From: Nitrospira sp. | Lineage (GTDB): Bacteria > Nitrospirota > Nitrospiria > Nitrospirales > Nitrospiraceae | Length of the DNA: 64,000 bases | Direction: 5' to 3' | NCBI GenBank assembly: GCA_018242665.1 | Contig: JAFEBL010000024.1 | Span: 7,299-71,298 of the forward strand | Shown here: positions 1 through 9,385 of the stretch, piece after piece | Position numbering within the stretch: the first letter of the stretch is position 1 | Layout of the letters: every line of letters starts with the position of its first letter | The notes under the pieces: model-generated | Told to the model about the DNA's origin: nothing | The model's input: only the letters and a program-made list of their open reading frames with translations | Database searches by the model: none | Program-made: the position numbers and the translations under genes

Positions 1-510
1 CTACCAGGGCTGAATGATTCCAAACAGATCGCGGAATCAGAACGCGACCGACTCTTTGCCGAAATTGTGCGTCGAGCAATCGGCGTCGGGATCGGCGCGG
101 CAACGGAGGCGGAGATCGATCGGATCAACATCCTCGAAGCATCCCGTCTCGCGATGCGTCGGGCGTTAAACGCCCTTCCGGTTAGACCGGACTTTCTGCT
201 GCTGGACGCCGTGACGCTCTCCGGGCTTTCCATCCCTCAACGCGCCATCATCAAGGGCGACGGGCTTTCCTGTTCGATTGCCGCGGCATCCATCGTCGCG
301 AAAGTGACGCGAGACCGGCTGATGGTCGAGTATCACCGCTGGTATCCCCACTACAACTTTGCCGAGCACAAAGGCTACGGCACCCCGGAACATCTTCACG
401 TCCTGCGGGCACTGGGGCCTTGTCCAATCCATCGGCGCAGTTTTGCTCCGGTTCGGGACTCCTCTGCGCACGACGGGGAGCCAGTCTTGCTTCCATTGGC
501 TTCGGCGTAA
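1..510 (+). CDS. rnhB: Ribonuclease HII (5' end outside window)
   Basis: Frame 1 is open from base 1 (LPGLNDSKQIAESERDRLF...) and continues into ORF 67..510. GLNDSK, IVAKVTRD and YPHYNFAEHKGYGT are typical RNase HII motifs. Confidence 0.9.
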   Translation, partial: LPGLNDSKQIAESERDRLFAEIVRRAIGVGIGAATEAEIDRINILEASRLAMRRALNALPVRPDFLLLDAVTLSGLSIPQRAIIKGDGLSCSIAAASIVAKVTRDRLMVEYHRWYPHYNFAEHKGYGTPEHLHVLRALGPCPIHRRSFAPVRDSSAHDGEPVLLPLASA

Positions 511-523
511 AGGGATTCAACCG

Positions 524-910
524 ATGGGCGACCGTCGCCGGCTCCTGGGAGACGAAGGTGAGGCACAGGCAGAGGCTTTTTTGCGCCACCGGGGCTTTCG
601 CATTCTCGGCCGGAATGTGCGATCTGCGTTGGGCGAGCTCGACCTGGTCGCGGATGACCATGGCGTATTGGTCTTCGTTGAGGTGAAACGCCGTCGAAGC
701 GGAGCGTATGGCGGTGCGATTGAAGCAGTCGATGCACGAAAGCGCGCGAAATTGATCCGGCTGGCTGCACTGTATCTGGCGCAACATCGGATTGAAGATC
801 GGGCCTGCCGCTTCGATGTGGTGCTGATCCAGGACGATGCCGCTCCGGCGACAGCCGTGCACCATATTGCGAATGCATTCGACCTCGATGGGGATGATCT
901 GCGATGGTAG
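524..910 (+). CDS. YraN/UPF0102 family endonuclease-like protein
   Basis: ORF 359..910 trimmed to ATG 524, 14 nt after the rnhB stop. LGDEGEAQAEAFLRHRGFRILGRN, ELDLVA and VFVEVKRR match the YraN signature. The rnhB-yraN pairing is common. Confidence 0.8.
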   Translation: MGDRRRLLGDEGEAQAEAFLRHRGFRILGRNVRSALGELDLVADDHGVLVFVEVKRRRSGAYGGAIEAVDARKRAKLIRLAALYLAQHRIEDRACRFDVVLIQDDAAPATAVHHIANAFDLDGDDLRW

Positions 911-1010
911 GAGTGATTCCACCCTTTGCAACGAGGTTTCAAGCGTCTGCTCTGAGAGGTGGGGAGGGGGCTGTGAATCTGAACGCTGCTCTCGGCCGGT
1001 GGCATTCTTC

Positions 1011-1679
1011 ATGATTCAACTGTTTCACGTCTCAAAATATTATGATCGTCGCCCCGCGCTCTCGGACGTCACGCTGGAAATCGAAAAAGGCGAGTTCGTG
1101 TTGCTGATGGGCCCGAGCGGCGCCGGCAAATCCACGCTGCTGAAGTTGCTGATCGGAGCCGAACGCCCGGAGGAAGGCCAGATCCTGATTCAGGGGCGTA
1201 GCCTTGCAAAACTGCGCGCATCGGAAATTCCGGCGCTTCGACGAAAAGTCGGCGTCGTGTTGCAGGATTTTCGTCTTCTGCCGAAGAAAACCGTCTTTGA
1301 GAATGTCTCGCTCCCTTTACTGGTGCAGGGCGCGTCGGCCCAGGACATCCGGCGCAAGGTGACGGAGGCGCTACGCTCCGTCGGACTGGATCATAAAAAA
1401 GATCTCTTTCCTCCCGGACTTTCGACCGGCGAGCAGCAACGAGTCTGCATTGCCCGCGCCATCGTCAATGGGCCGATCATGCTGTTGGCGGATGAGCCAA
1501 CAGGAAACCTGGACCCAGATTTGACGCGCGAAATTATCGAGCTGTTCAAGGCGATCAACGCCCGAGGCACGACCATCATCGTGGCGACGCATGATCCGCA
1601 TGTGCTGGCGCAGGTCAATCGCCGGGTGATCACCCTGGAGCAGGGGACGCTCCTGTCCCGTGAACAGGTGTGCCCGTGA
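1011..1679 (+). CDS. ftsE: Cell division ABC ATPase FtsE
   Basis: ORF 837..1679 trimmed to ATG 1011 (MIQLFHVSKYY). Walker A GPSGAGKST, signature LSTGEQQR, Walker B MLLADEPTGNLD. Followed directly by ftsX. Confidence 0.9.
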   Translation: MIQLFHVSKYYDRRPALSDVTLEIEKGEFVLLMGPSGAGKSTLLKLLIGAERPEEGQILIQGRSLAKLRASEIPALRRKVGVVLQDFRLLPKKTVFENVSLPLLVQGASAQDIRRKVTEALRSVGLDHKKDLFPPGLSTGEQQRVCIARAIVNGPIMLLADEPTGNLDPDLTREIIELFKAINARGTTIIVATHDPHVLAQVNRRVITLEQGTLLSREQVCP

Positions 1680-2575
1680 GGCGCCTACTCTACCTGCTGC
1701 GGGAAGCGGTTGCTAACGTCTTGACCAATCGAACGACCACGGTGGTGGCCGTGGCGACGACGGCGTTTACCTTTGCCTGCGTCGGTGTGTTTCTGCTCCT
1801 CTACGTGAACCTGAAGACGATGGCCGTCTCGCTCGAACAGGATATTCAAGTGATGGTGTACGTGCAGGAGGATGTGCCCGAGTCGGCACGGGGTGAGATC
1901 GAGCTGCAGCTTCATGCCGATCGAGCGGTTCGTTCGCTCACCTATGTCTCCAAGGAGCGGGCATTGGCCGATTTTCAATCGCAGTTTCCGTCGGAGTCTC
2001 GGCTGCTTCAAGGGCTTGGGCAGAATCCTTTGCCTGCGTCGTTCGTGGTGACATTGGCCCCGGATTCGCGCTCGGCGGAGGCCATGCGGCGCTGGGCCAC
2101 TCGCGCCCAATTGATCCCGGGAGTCGGCCAGGTTCAGTATAATCAGGAATGGGTCGAGGCCCTGGCGGGCATCGTCCGATACATCGAGGTGGCGGCGATC
2201 ATTGTCGGCGTGATCTTGTCCGCGGCCTCGGTGACGATCATTGCGAACACCATCCGTTTGGCGCTCTACTCGCGTCGCGAGGAAATCGAAATTCTCAGCC
2301 TGATCGGCGCGAGCACCACCTTCATTCGTGTTCCGTATCTCCTGGAGGGAGCGGCGCTGGGCCTCTGTGGTAGTGCCCTGTCCCTGGTCATTCTCAAGGC
2401 CGGATTCGAATTGTTCCGCCATGAGATCCATTCCGCCACCCGCTTTCTTGGTGTCGATGCGTTGTTGACCTTCTTTTCATTCGACATGTGTGCGGTGCTC
2501 ATGCTCGTCGGGCTGTTTCTGGGGTGTGCCGGCAGTTTTCTTTCACTGCTGCACTTCGGTGAGGGGCGGGCATGA
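1670..2575 (+). CDS. ftsX: Cell division permease FtsX
   Basis: Overlaps the ftsE stop. Has an N-terminal TM segment, a large periplasmic loop, then three C-terminal TM segments, the typical FtsX architecture. Start may be GTG 1670 or GTG 1676. Confidence 0.85.
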   Translation: MPVRRLLYLLREAVANVLTNRTTTVVAVATTAFTFACVGVFLLLYVNLKTMAVSLEQDIQVMVYVQEDVPESARGEIELQLHADRAVRSLTYVSKERALADFQSQFPSESRLLQGLGQNPLPASFVVTLAPDSRSAEAMRRWATRAQLIPGVGQVQYNQEWVEALAGIVRYIEVAAIIVGVILSAASVTIIANTIRLALYSRREEIEILSLIGASTTFIRVPYLLEGAALGLCGSALSLVILKAGFELFRHEIHSATRFLGVDALLTFFSFDMCAVLMLVGLFLGCAGSFLSLLHFGEGRA

Positions 2576-3768
2576 AATGGTTTCGATGGGGATGTGCCGT
2601 CGTCACGCTCCAGGCGGCTTTGTGCACGCTCCCGCTGGCGCAGGCCGCCGAGCGCAAAGATTCGTATGCAGACAAGATCGAGCAGGAAAAGAAGACCCTG
2701 GAAAAGTTGCGCGGCACGATTGTCGAAAAACGCAAGAAGGCCGACGAGGCGGAGAAGAAACGCGAGTCGGTGTTGCAAGGGTTGCAATCGCTGGATGAGC
2801 GCCTCGTCCGCTACCGGCAGGAACATCAGGATATCGTCAAGAAGCTGAGAAAAAAAGATGTCGAAATCGAGCAGATGAGCGTGCAGTTGAGTCGATTGTC
2901 TGAGCGTATCGATGAACGGCAGGATGCCATCGCCGCCCGTTTGCGGGTTCAGTATGTCGAGGGGCGGTTCTGGCACCTCAAGACGTTGCTGGCCGCCAGT
3001 TCGGCCGGCGATTTCCAGCGCCGGTTTCGCTATTTGTCCGCGGTAACGCAGCGAGAGTATGAGATCATGGAAACCTATCGACGGGACGCCGAACGGATCG
3101 CGGAGGTTGAACGGAGCCGGGAAGAGGCGCGTCAAAATATTCTCGCTTATAAAATCAGCACCGAGGACAAACTCGCGCAAATCCAGGGACTGAAGAAGCA
3201 GAAGCGGGTGTATCTTGCGAAAATCACGCAGGAAAAAGAGTCCCACGACCGGGCGGTTGAAGAACTGGAACGGTCGGCGACCAGGGTCGACAGCCTGCTG
3301 AAGGAATTGGAAGCTCGGCGGCGGGCGGCGCTGGCCAGCCGTCCTCCGTCCACCGGTGGAGCGCTTCGGGCCTTGCGCGGCACGCTGCTCTGGCCCGCTG
3401 ACGGGCAAGTGGTGTCCTACTTCGGGCGGCAAAAGCACCCCACGTTCAACACCTATATTCAACGAAAAGGCATTGAGATTCGAGCGGCGGAAGGGAGTAA
3501 TATACGATCGGTGTTGGCCGGCCAGGTCGTCTATGCAGACTGGTTGAAAGGCTACGGACTCGTTATAATCATGGATCATGCCAACGGAGTCTTCTCGCTG
3601 TACGCCCATGCCTCAAAGATCCTGACCTCCGTGGGGGCCAGAGTGGAGGCAGGGGACGCGATCGGGGAAACAGGAGACACGGGCATGACGGGTGAGAATA
3701 CGCTGTATTTTGAGTTGCGCGAGGGGGCTGAGCCGGTCGATCCCCTCGTGTGGCTGTCTAAGCGGTAG
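2572..3768 (+). CDS. envC: EnvC-like murein hydrolase activator (coiled coil plus M23/LytM domain)
   Basis: ATGA overlap with the ftsX stop. Signal peptide, long Glu/Lys/Arg-rich coiled coil, C-terminal LytM domain (GIEIRAAEGSNIRSV, LYAHASK, GDTGMTGENTLYFELR). The ftsEX-envC context is classical. Confidence 0.85.
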   Translation: MKWFRWGCAVVTLQAALCTLPLAQAAERKDSYADKIEQEKKTLEKLRGTIVEKRKKADEAEKKRESVLQGLQSLDERLVRYRQEHQDIVKKLRKKDVEIEQMSVQLSRLSERIDERQDAIAARLRVQYVEGRFWHLKTLLAASSAGDFQRRFRYLSAVTQREYEIMETYRRDAERIAEVERSREEARQNILAYKISTEDKLAQIQGLKKQKRVYLAKITQEKESHDRAVEELERSATRVDSLLKELEARRRAALASRPPSTGGALRALRGTLLWPADGQVVSYFGRQKHPTFNTYIQRKGIEIRAAEGSNIRSVLAGQVVYADWLKGYGLVIIMDHANGVFSLYAHASKILTSVGARVEAGDAIGETGDTGMTGENTLYFELREGAEPVDPLVWLSKR

Positions 3769-3794
3769 ACCTCGGGGAAGGAAGGAACCCACGT

Positions 3795-5138
3795 ATGGAA
3801 CAGCGGCGGAGCCGACGGTGGTTATATCTTTTGCTGATGGTGACGGTGGCCTTAGGCATCGGCCTGATTCTGGAGAAGGGGTTGGAGCGGACGGGACACG
3901 CGTCTGAAACCTATGAGGAACTGCGGACGTTTTCCGAGGTCCTGACGCAGGTGCAGAAACACTATGTCGACGACACCAAGGTGAAGGACCTGGTGCAGGG
4001 TGCGATTCGCGGAATGCTCTCAACGCTCGATCCCCATTCCGCCTATATGACGCCTGAGATGTATAAGGAAATGCAGGTTGAAACCAAGGGCGAGTTCGGC
4101 GGCGTGGGTATTCAAATCGGCGTCAAAGAGAATCGGCTGGCCGTGATTTCTCCGATCGAGGGCACGCCTGCGCATCGGGCGGGCATCAAGGCCGGCGACT
4201 TCATCACGAAGGTGAACGACGAACCCACCAAGGACCTCACCCTGATGGATGCCGTGCAAAAAATGCGCGGTCCGAAGGGGACGAAGGTGAACCTGACGAT
4301 TCAGCGCGAAGGCACCGCCGACCCGATGGCGTTTTCCCTCGTGCGCGATACCATCAAGATCGAAAGTGTGAAGTTCAAAGTCCTCGACAACACGATCGGA
4401 TACGTGCGGCTGACCCAGTTCCAAGAAGCCACGGGCCGGGACCTCAGCCGGGCGTTGAAGGTATTCAAGGAACAAAAAGTCCAAGGCACCATTCTCGACC
4501 TGCGGAACAATCCCGGCGGGTTACTAACGGCGGCGGTGGATGTCTCCGAGCAGTTCGTGGGGAACGGTAAACTCATCGTCTATACCAAGGGGCGCGAGGG
4601 GAAGAAAGATGAGTGGTTCTCCAAGACGAAGGAGACGCTGGAAGATTCCCCCATGATCATTCTGGTGAATGAAGGGTCCGCGAGTGCCTCCGAGATCGTG
4701 GCCGGCGCCTTGCAGGATTGGGGGCGGGCTGTGATCGTCGGGACAACGTCCTTCGGCAAAGGATCGGTGCAGACGATTCTCCCGCTCGGTGATGGCTCGG
4801 GCCTCCGCCTCACCACGGCGAAGTACTACACGCCAAAGGGTCGTTCGATTCAGTCGACCGGAATCACGCCGGACATTGTCGTTAAGCTCCAGACCCCGGC
4901 GGTGGCGAAGGCCGGCGACAAGGATGCGAAAGAATCTGAGCCCAAGACGGCCAAGGGTGCGGCGCCGGGTAAGGAGTCCTCTTCAGCTAAACCGACTGAG
5001 GATTCCGCGCACAAAAACGGTGCGGTTTCGTTGGGCGACGCAGGCGAGATTTCGGTGGAAGATGATGTGCAACTGCAAAAAGCCGTGGAACTACTCAAGA
5101 CCTGGAAGATTTTCAAGGAGCTTCGTCCGGCGGCGTAG
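3795..5138 (+). CDS. ctpA: Carboxy-terminal processing protease (S41 family, PDZ domain)
   Basis: N-terminal TM anchor, PDZ region, S41 motifs (DLRNNPGGLL, SASASEIVAGALQD, TSFGKGSVQ). There is a Lys/Ala/Glu-rich low-complexity stretch near the C-terminus. Confidence 0.9.
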   Translation: MEQRRSRRWLYLLLMVTVALGIGLILEKGLERTGHASETYEELRTFSEVLTQVQKHYVDDTKVKDLVQGAIRGMLSTLDPHSAYMTPEMYKEMQVETKGEFGGVGIQIGVKENRLAVISPIEGTPAHRAGIKAGDFITKVNDEPTKDLTLMDAVQKMRGPKGTKVNLTIQREGTADPMAFSLVRDTIKIESVKFKVLDNTIGYVRLTQFQEATGRDLSRALKVFKEQKVQGTILDLRNNPGGLLTAAVDVSEQFVGNGKLIVYTKGREGKKDEWFSKTKETLEDSPMIILVNEGSASASEIVAGALQDWGRAVIVGTTSFGKGSVQTILPLGDGSGLRLTTAKYYTPKGRSIQSTGITPDIVVKLQTPAVAKAGDKDAKESEPKTAKGAAPGKESSSAKPTEDSAHKNGAVSLGDAGEISVEDDVQLQKAVELLKTWKIFKELRPAA

Positions 5139-5655
5139 GTGCGGCCGGCTGGAGCTGTCGGCGGATTGCCGCGAGTAAGGCCTCTTCCGATCCGGAAAAT
5201 CCTGGTTGCGTTCGCAACAGATGGGACGCAACCAGGGATTCCAGATCAGCCAGCGTGCGAATGTTCAGCCTAAAATAGAGGTAACTCACCAACGCCTCGG
5301 AGAGGCCGGGCAGCGCCGCCCAAGCCGCAACTTCCTCCGGCAACGGCGTCTTCAGCTCTTCATACGCGCGCATCGTGCCCGTCGAAAGAAACTCTTCAAT
5401 CTTTCCCGCCAGGTCCTTCCCGATCCCCGGAATTTCCTGCAGCGCATGCCGAGCTGCCAGATCGCTCAGATCTACGGTCACGGAAAGGATCGCGTCGGCG
5501 GCGTTCCGGTACGCACGGACTCGATAGGGATTGGCGCGCCGGGCTGCCAGGAGATTCGCCATGGCGCGGAAGATCTGGGCGAGCTGATGAACGTGGTTAT
5601 CCACGAATGAACTTTCGGAAGGGCATGGCGGCATTGTCCAGGCAATCGGTGGCAA
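5113..5655 (-). CDS. Helix-hairpin-helix protein resembling the N-terminal (8 kDa plus fingers) part of family X DNA polymerases
   Basis: IFRAMANLLAARRANPYRVRAYRNAADAI and LQEIPGIGKDLAGKIEEFLSTG resemble the Pol X N-terminal lyase/HhH region. No palm or PHP region follows. The 3' end overlaps the ctpA 3' end by 26 nt. Confidence 0.6.
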   Translation of the reverse strand: MPPIAWTMPPCPSESSFVDNHVHQLAQIFRAMANLLAARRANPYRVRAYRNAADAILSVTVDLSDLAARHALQEIPGIGKDLAGKIEEFLSTGTMRAYEELKTPLPEEVAAWAALPGLSEALVSYLYFRLNIRTLADLESLVASHLLRTQPGFSGSEEALLAAIRRQLQPAAPTPPDEAP

Positions 5656-5679
5656 ATGGCAAGGCCTGAGCAGCCTTGG

Positions 5680-5709
5680 TTGACAAGCGGTTTTCCCGTT
5701 TCATAGGAT
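5680..5709 (+). promoter_or_regulatory. Candidate sigma70-type promoter upstream of thiS (TTGACA-N18-TAGGAT)
   Basis: TTGACA at 5680-5685 and TAGGAT at 5704-5709, about 20 nt upstream of the thiS start. Pattern match only. Confidence 0.35.
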
Positions 5710-5729
5710 GATCGAGCGAATTGAGGTGA

Positions 5730-5939
5730 ATGGTGAACATCCACGTGAACGGTGAATCGCGAGGAATCGGCGACGGGCAGACGGTTGCAGGGCTGTTGAA
5801 GGAACTGGACATTCGAACGGATCGCGTGGCGGTGGAGTTGAATTTAGAAATTCTGGACCGGAACGACTTTGACACCCGGGGACTCCGAGAGGGAGATCGG
5901 GTAGAAATATTGAGTTTCATCGGCGGCGGAGCGAAGTAG
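5730..5939 (+). CDS. thiS: Thiamine biosynthesis sulfur-carrier protein ThiS
   Basis: 69 aa beta-grasp-like sequence (VNGESRGIGDGQTVAGLLKEL...GDRVEILSFIGGG) directly upstream of thiG. It ends GGGAK rather than GG. Confidence 0.85.
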   Translation: MVNIHVNGESRGIGDGQTVAGLLKELDIRTDRVAVELNLEILDRNDFDTRGLREGDRVEILSFIGGGAK

Positions 5940-5942
5940 GGG

Positions 5943-6722
5943 ATGACTACGATGAATGATCGGTTGGTGATTGCCGGCAGGGAGTTTCAATCGCGCCTGT
6001 GGGTGGGCACGGGAAAATATAAAGACTTCGCGGAAACCAAAAAAGCGATCGACGCGTCTGGTGCGGATGTAGTGACCGTAGCCGTCCGTCGCGTGAATAT
6101 CACGGATCGTTCAAAGGAAAACCTCCTCGACTATCTCGATCCCAAGAAGTACATCATCCTGCCGAATACGGCTGGTTGCTACACGGTGGAAGACGCTGTG
6201 CGGTATGCCAGGCTGGCGCGTGCCGCCGGTGTGTCGGATCTCGTCAAGTTGGAAGTGCTCGGTGATGAGAAAACATTGTTCCCCGACACGGCGGGACTGA
6301 TTGAAGCGGCCAAGATTCTCATCAAGGAAGGGTTCATTGTGCTGCCCTACACGAACGATGATCCGATCGTGGCCAAGAAACTGGTGGACATCGGGTGCCC
6401 GGCGGTCATGCCGTTGGCGGCACCGATTGGTTCGGGGTTGGGAATCCGTAATCCCTACAATCTGAAAATCATCATGGAGACGGTGAAGGTCCCGATCATT
6501 GTGGATGCCGGGGTGGGTACGGCCTCTGACGCGGCGCTGGCGATGGAGTATGGGGCTGACGCGGTGTTGATGAATACGGCCATCGCCGGAGCCCAGGATC
6601 CCATTGCAATGGCTGAAGCCATGAAACATGCCGTGTGGGCTGGGCGGCTGGCCTACAAGGCGGGGCGCATTCCCCGAAAACTCTATGCGACGGCCAGCAG
6701 CCCGATCGAGGGCATGCTCTGA
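5943..6722 (+). CDS. thiG: Thiazole synthase ThiG
   Basis: [37 protein letters not shown] and [13 protein letters not shown] are characteristic ThiG motifs. Confidence 0.95.
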   Translation: MTTMNDRLVIAGREFQSRLWVGTGKYKDFAETKKAIDASGADVVTVAVRRVNITDRSKENLLDYLDPKKYIILPNTAGCYTVEDAVRYARLARAAGVSDLVKLEVLGDEKTLFPDTAGLIEAAKILIKEGFIVLPYTNDDPIVAKKLVDIGCPAVMPLAAPIGSGLGIRNPYNLKIIMETVKVPIIVDAGVGTASDAALAMEYGADAVLMNTAIAGAQDPIAMAEAMKHAVWAGRLAYKAGRIPRKLYATASSPIEGML

Positions 6723-6785
6723 GAAGTGTGCCGTCATGAGTCGTGAATGGTGAGTCCAAAGTTCCGGGGCTGATTCAATGCGTTC

Positions 6786-7448
6786 ATGCGGCACTCATCA
6801 TTCGGGACTTCCCACGTTTCCCTGATGCCGTCCGTCGATTTCCGCCTCTATCTCGTCACTGATCGTCATCACACCGCCGGGCGACCATTGCTGTCGGTGC
6901 TCCGGCGGGCGGTTTCAGCAGGTGTGCGCGCCGTTCAGCTGCGTGAACGCGACCTTCCTCTACGCGCCCTCAAATCAATGGCGGCCGACCTGCAGCGTGA
7001 ACTGCCGCAGGTGAAGCTCTTCATCAATGACCGTGTGGATCTGGCGCTCGCCTTGTCTGCGCATGGTGTGCATCTGCGGGAGAGCAGCATGCCCGTGGCG
7101 GTCGTGCATGGCCTGCTGCAGCCGTCTCAATTGCTGGGAGCCTCCGTGCATTCGCTCGAAGGCGCGTTGGAAGCGGAACGGCAGGGCGCTGATTTTGTGG
7201 TGCTGGGACCGATTCACGACACGCCGTCGAAGCGAGAGTATGGCGCGCCGCTCGGACTCGCGGTGCTTGAGGAGGCTGCACGACGCGTCCGTATCCCGAT
7301 TTTTGCCATTGGCGGCATGAATGCGGCTCGCGCGCGCGATGCGCGGCGAGCGGGCGCGTTCGGCGTGGCGGTGTTGTCATCGATTCTGAGCGCGAGTGAT
7401 GTGGAGCAGGCTACCGTCTCATTGCTGTCCGCACTCGAACAGGAGTGA
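6786..7448 (+). CDS. thiE: Thiamine-phosphate synthase ThiE
   Basis: LYLVTDR, VQLRERD, INDRVDLALA, GVHL and IFAIGG are ThiE motifs. The true start may be the internal ATG at 6825 (MPSVDFRLYLVTD). Confidence 0.85.
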   Translation: MRHSSFGTSHVSLMPSVDFRLYLVTDRHHTAGRPLLSVLRRAVSAGVRAVQLRERDLPLRALKSMAADLQRELPQVKLFINDRVDLALALSAHGVHLRESSMPVAVVHGLLQPSQLLGASVHSLEGALEAERQGADFVVLGPIHDTPSKREYGAPLGLAVLEEAARRVRIPIFAIGGMNAARARDARRAGAFGVAVLSSILSASDVEQATVSLLSALEQE

Positions 7449-7516
7449 TGAGCGCAATGCGTGCGGGCTGCAATGTGCGAAGGCCATCATGTCTGCATCG
7501 TCGCCGGCTCGCGCAG

Positions 7517-7545
7517 TTGACCACCCTCCAGACGGGTGTTAGAAT
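7517..7545 (+). promoter_or_regulatory. Candidate sigma70-type promoter for the proteasome operon (TTGACC-N17-TAGAAT)
   Basis: TTGACC at 7517-7522, 17 nt spacer, TAGAAT at 7540-7545, 60 nt upstream of the mpa ATG in the 157 nt thiE-mpa gap. Pattern match only. Confidence 0.5.
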
Positions 7546-7605
7546 CCGAAAAAGTGTGGATGACCGTCACTGACAAGGTTTTTCACCGATCCGACGAGTG
7601 GGGCA

Positions 7606-9375
7606 ATGGCCGAGCCAAAAGGGAGTTCAGGCCGACTCCGGTCCTTCCGTGATTCCGTCAAGCGCCTGGCTCAATCACTTTCTGACGGAGAGGGAGTCGT
7701 GACACACAAAAACGACGAGCACGCGCGCGAGGTCGAAAAGCTTCGCACCCAAATCCAGTCCATGGAAGAGGAGATTCGGCGGCTCTATCAGTCACGCTAC
7801 CAGCTCGAACAGACGACGAAGCAGAATGAAAAGCTCGTCGCCACCCTCCAGGAAGCTAAATCACAAATCGAAACCCTGCGGGCCGAAGTTGAAAAACTGA
7901 CGGCTCCTCCCTCGACCTACGGAATTTTTTCCAGCCTCGATACCGACGGAACCGGAAACGTCTATGTGTCCGGCCGCAAGATGAAGGTGAGCCTCCATCC
8001 GTCCATCAAGCCGAAGAGCCTGCGAAAAGGGCAGGAAGTCATTCTCAACGAAGCATTGAATGTGATCGCGGTGCGCGGGTTTGACGTGCAAGGAGAAGTG
8101 GTTCGCCTGAAGGATGTGCTGGAAGGCAATCGGGCGTTGGTCACACTGCATTTCGACGAAGAGAAGGTCGCTGAGCTCGGCGAGCCGTTACTGAGCGAAC
8201 GGCTCAGCGTCGGAGACCACCTTCTTTATGATCCGCGATCGGGTTGCGTGATCGAGAAATTGCCCAAGTCGGAAGCCGAAGAACTCGTCCTTGAAGAGGT
8301 GCCGGATGTGGATTATGAGCACATTGGAGGCCTGCAGAAGGAAATTGACCAGGTCCGCGACGCGGTCGAACTCCCGTTCCTGTATCCGCACATCTTTTCC
8401 AACTACAAATTGAGCGCACCGAAAGGCGTCCTATTGTACGGCCCGCCTGGTTGCGGCAAGACGTTGATCGCAAAAGCCGTGGCCAGCTCGATCGCCAAGA
8501 AGCTGGGACATCTCAAGGACAAGCAGCTGCGCAGCTACTTCCTGCATGTCAAAGGGCCGGAACTGTTGAATAAGTATGTCGGCGAGTCGGAGCGGCAGGT
8601 GCGAGAAGTGTTCAAGAAGGCCAAGGAACGTGCCGATGACGGCCATCCCGTGATCGTCTTTTTCGACGAAATGGATGCGCTATTCCGCACGCGCGGCACC
8701 GGGATTTCGTCGGACATCGAGTCGACCATTGTGCCGCAGTTCCTCTCTGAAATCGATGGAGTGGAGCGTCTGACCAATGTGATCGTCATCGGCGCCAGCA
8801 ACCGACAGGATCTGATCGATCCGGCGGTGCTCCGGGCGGGTCGTTTGGACGTGAAGGTGAAGGTCGGTCGGCCGGACATGGCGGCGGCCAGGGATATCTT
8901 CTCGAAGTATGTGACGACTGATTTGCCGTTTGCCGAGGACGACCTCCAGCGGCACGGTGGAGATACCCGGGCGTTGGTGGACTCCTTGATGAACATGACC
9001 GTGGATGCGATGTACGCCACGACGGATGAAAATAAATTCATCGAAGTGACCTACGCGAACGGCGAGAAAGAAGTCCTGTACTTTAAGGATTTTGCCAGTG
9101 GAGCCTTGATTGAGGGGATTGTCTCGCGCGCCAAGAAATTTGCGGTCAAACGCGCGATCGCGAAAGAAGGGACCGGGCTGCGGGCGGAGGATTTGATCCG
9201 GGCGATTCGTGAGGAATTCAAGGAACACGAAGACTTGCCGAATACGACCAACCCGGATGACTGGGCGAAGGTTGCGGGCAAGAAAGGCGAGAAGATTGTC
9301 CACCTCCGGACGATCAGCGGCGGGCCTAGCGAGGCGCGCCAGATTGAAACCGTCAACACCGGTCACTACCTGTAG
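7606..9375 (+). CDS. mpa: Proteasome-associated AAA ATPase Mpa/ARC
   Basis: N-terminal coiled coil, OB-fold region, AAA module (Walker A GPPGCGKT, Walker B VIVFFDEMD). The C-terminal ...NTGHYL matches the actinobacterial GQYL proteasome-docking tail. Confidence 0.93.
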   Translation: MAEPKGSSGRLRSFRDSVKRLAQSLSDGEGVVTHKNDEHAREVEKLRTQIQSMEEEIRRLYQSRYQLEQTTKQNEKLVATLQEAKSQIETLRAEVEKLTAPPSTYGIFSSLDTDGTGNVYVSGRKMKVSLHPSIKPKSLRKGQEVILNEALNVIAVRGFDVQGEVVRLKDVLEGNRALVTLHFDEEKVAELGEPLLSERLSVGDHLLYDPRSGCVIEKLPKSEAEELVLEEVPDVDYEHIGGLQKEIDQVRDAVELPFLYPHIFSNYKLSAPKGVLLYGPPGCGKTLIAKAVASSIAKKLGHLKDKQLRSYFLHVKGPELLNKYVGESERQVREVFKKAKERADDGHPVIVFFDEMDALFRTRGTGISSDIESTIVPQFLSEIDGVERLTNVIVIGASNRQDLIDPAVLRAGRLDVKVKVGRPDMAAARDIFSKYVTTDLPFAEDDLQRHGGDTRALVDSLMNMTVDAMYATTDENKFIEVTYANGEKEVLYFKDFASGALIEGIVSRAKKFAVKRAIAKEGTGLRAEDLIRAIREEFKEHEDLPNTTNPDDWAKVAGKKGEKIVHLRTISGGPSEARQIETVNTGHYL

Positions 9376-9385
9376 CGCGCGAGAT

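Noticed and set aside
5656-5729. Possible TPP (THI-box) riboswitch upstream of thiS-thiG-thiE.
   Set aside because: Only 74 nt separate the neighbouring gene from thiS, too short for a full aptamer plus expression platform. I could not find the conserved CUGAGA and ACCUGAUC...GGGUAAUGCC elements.
7448-7573. Pup candidates near the proteasome genes: a 41 aa ORF (MSAMRAGCNVRRPSCLHRRRLAQ...) in the thiE-mpa gap, and the 63 aa ORF 12272..12463(+).
   Set aside because: Both are basic and Cys/Arg-rich with no acidic helical region and no G-G-Q/E C-terminus. The second lies out of frame inside prcA.
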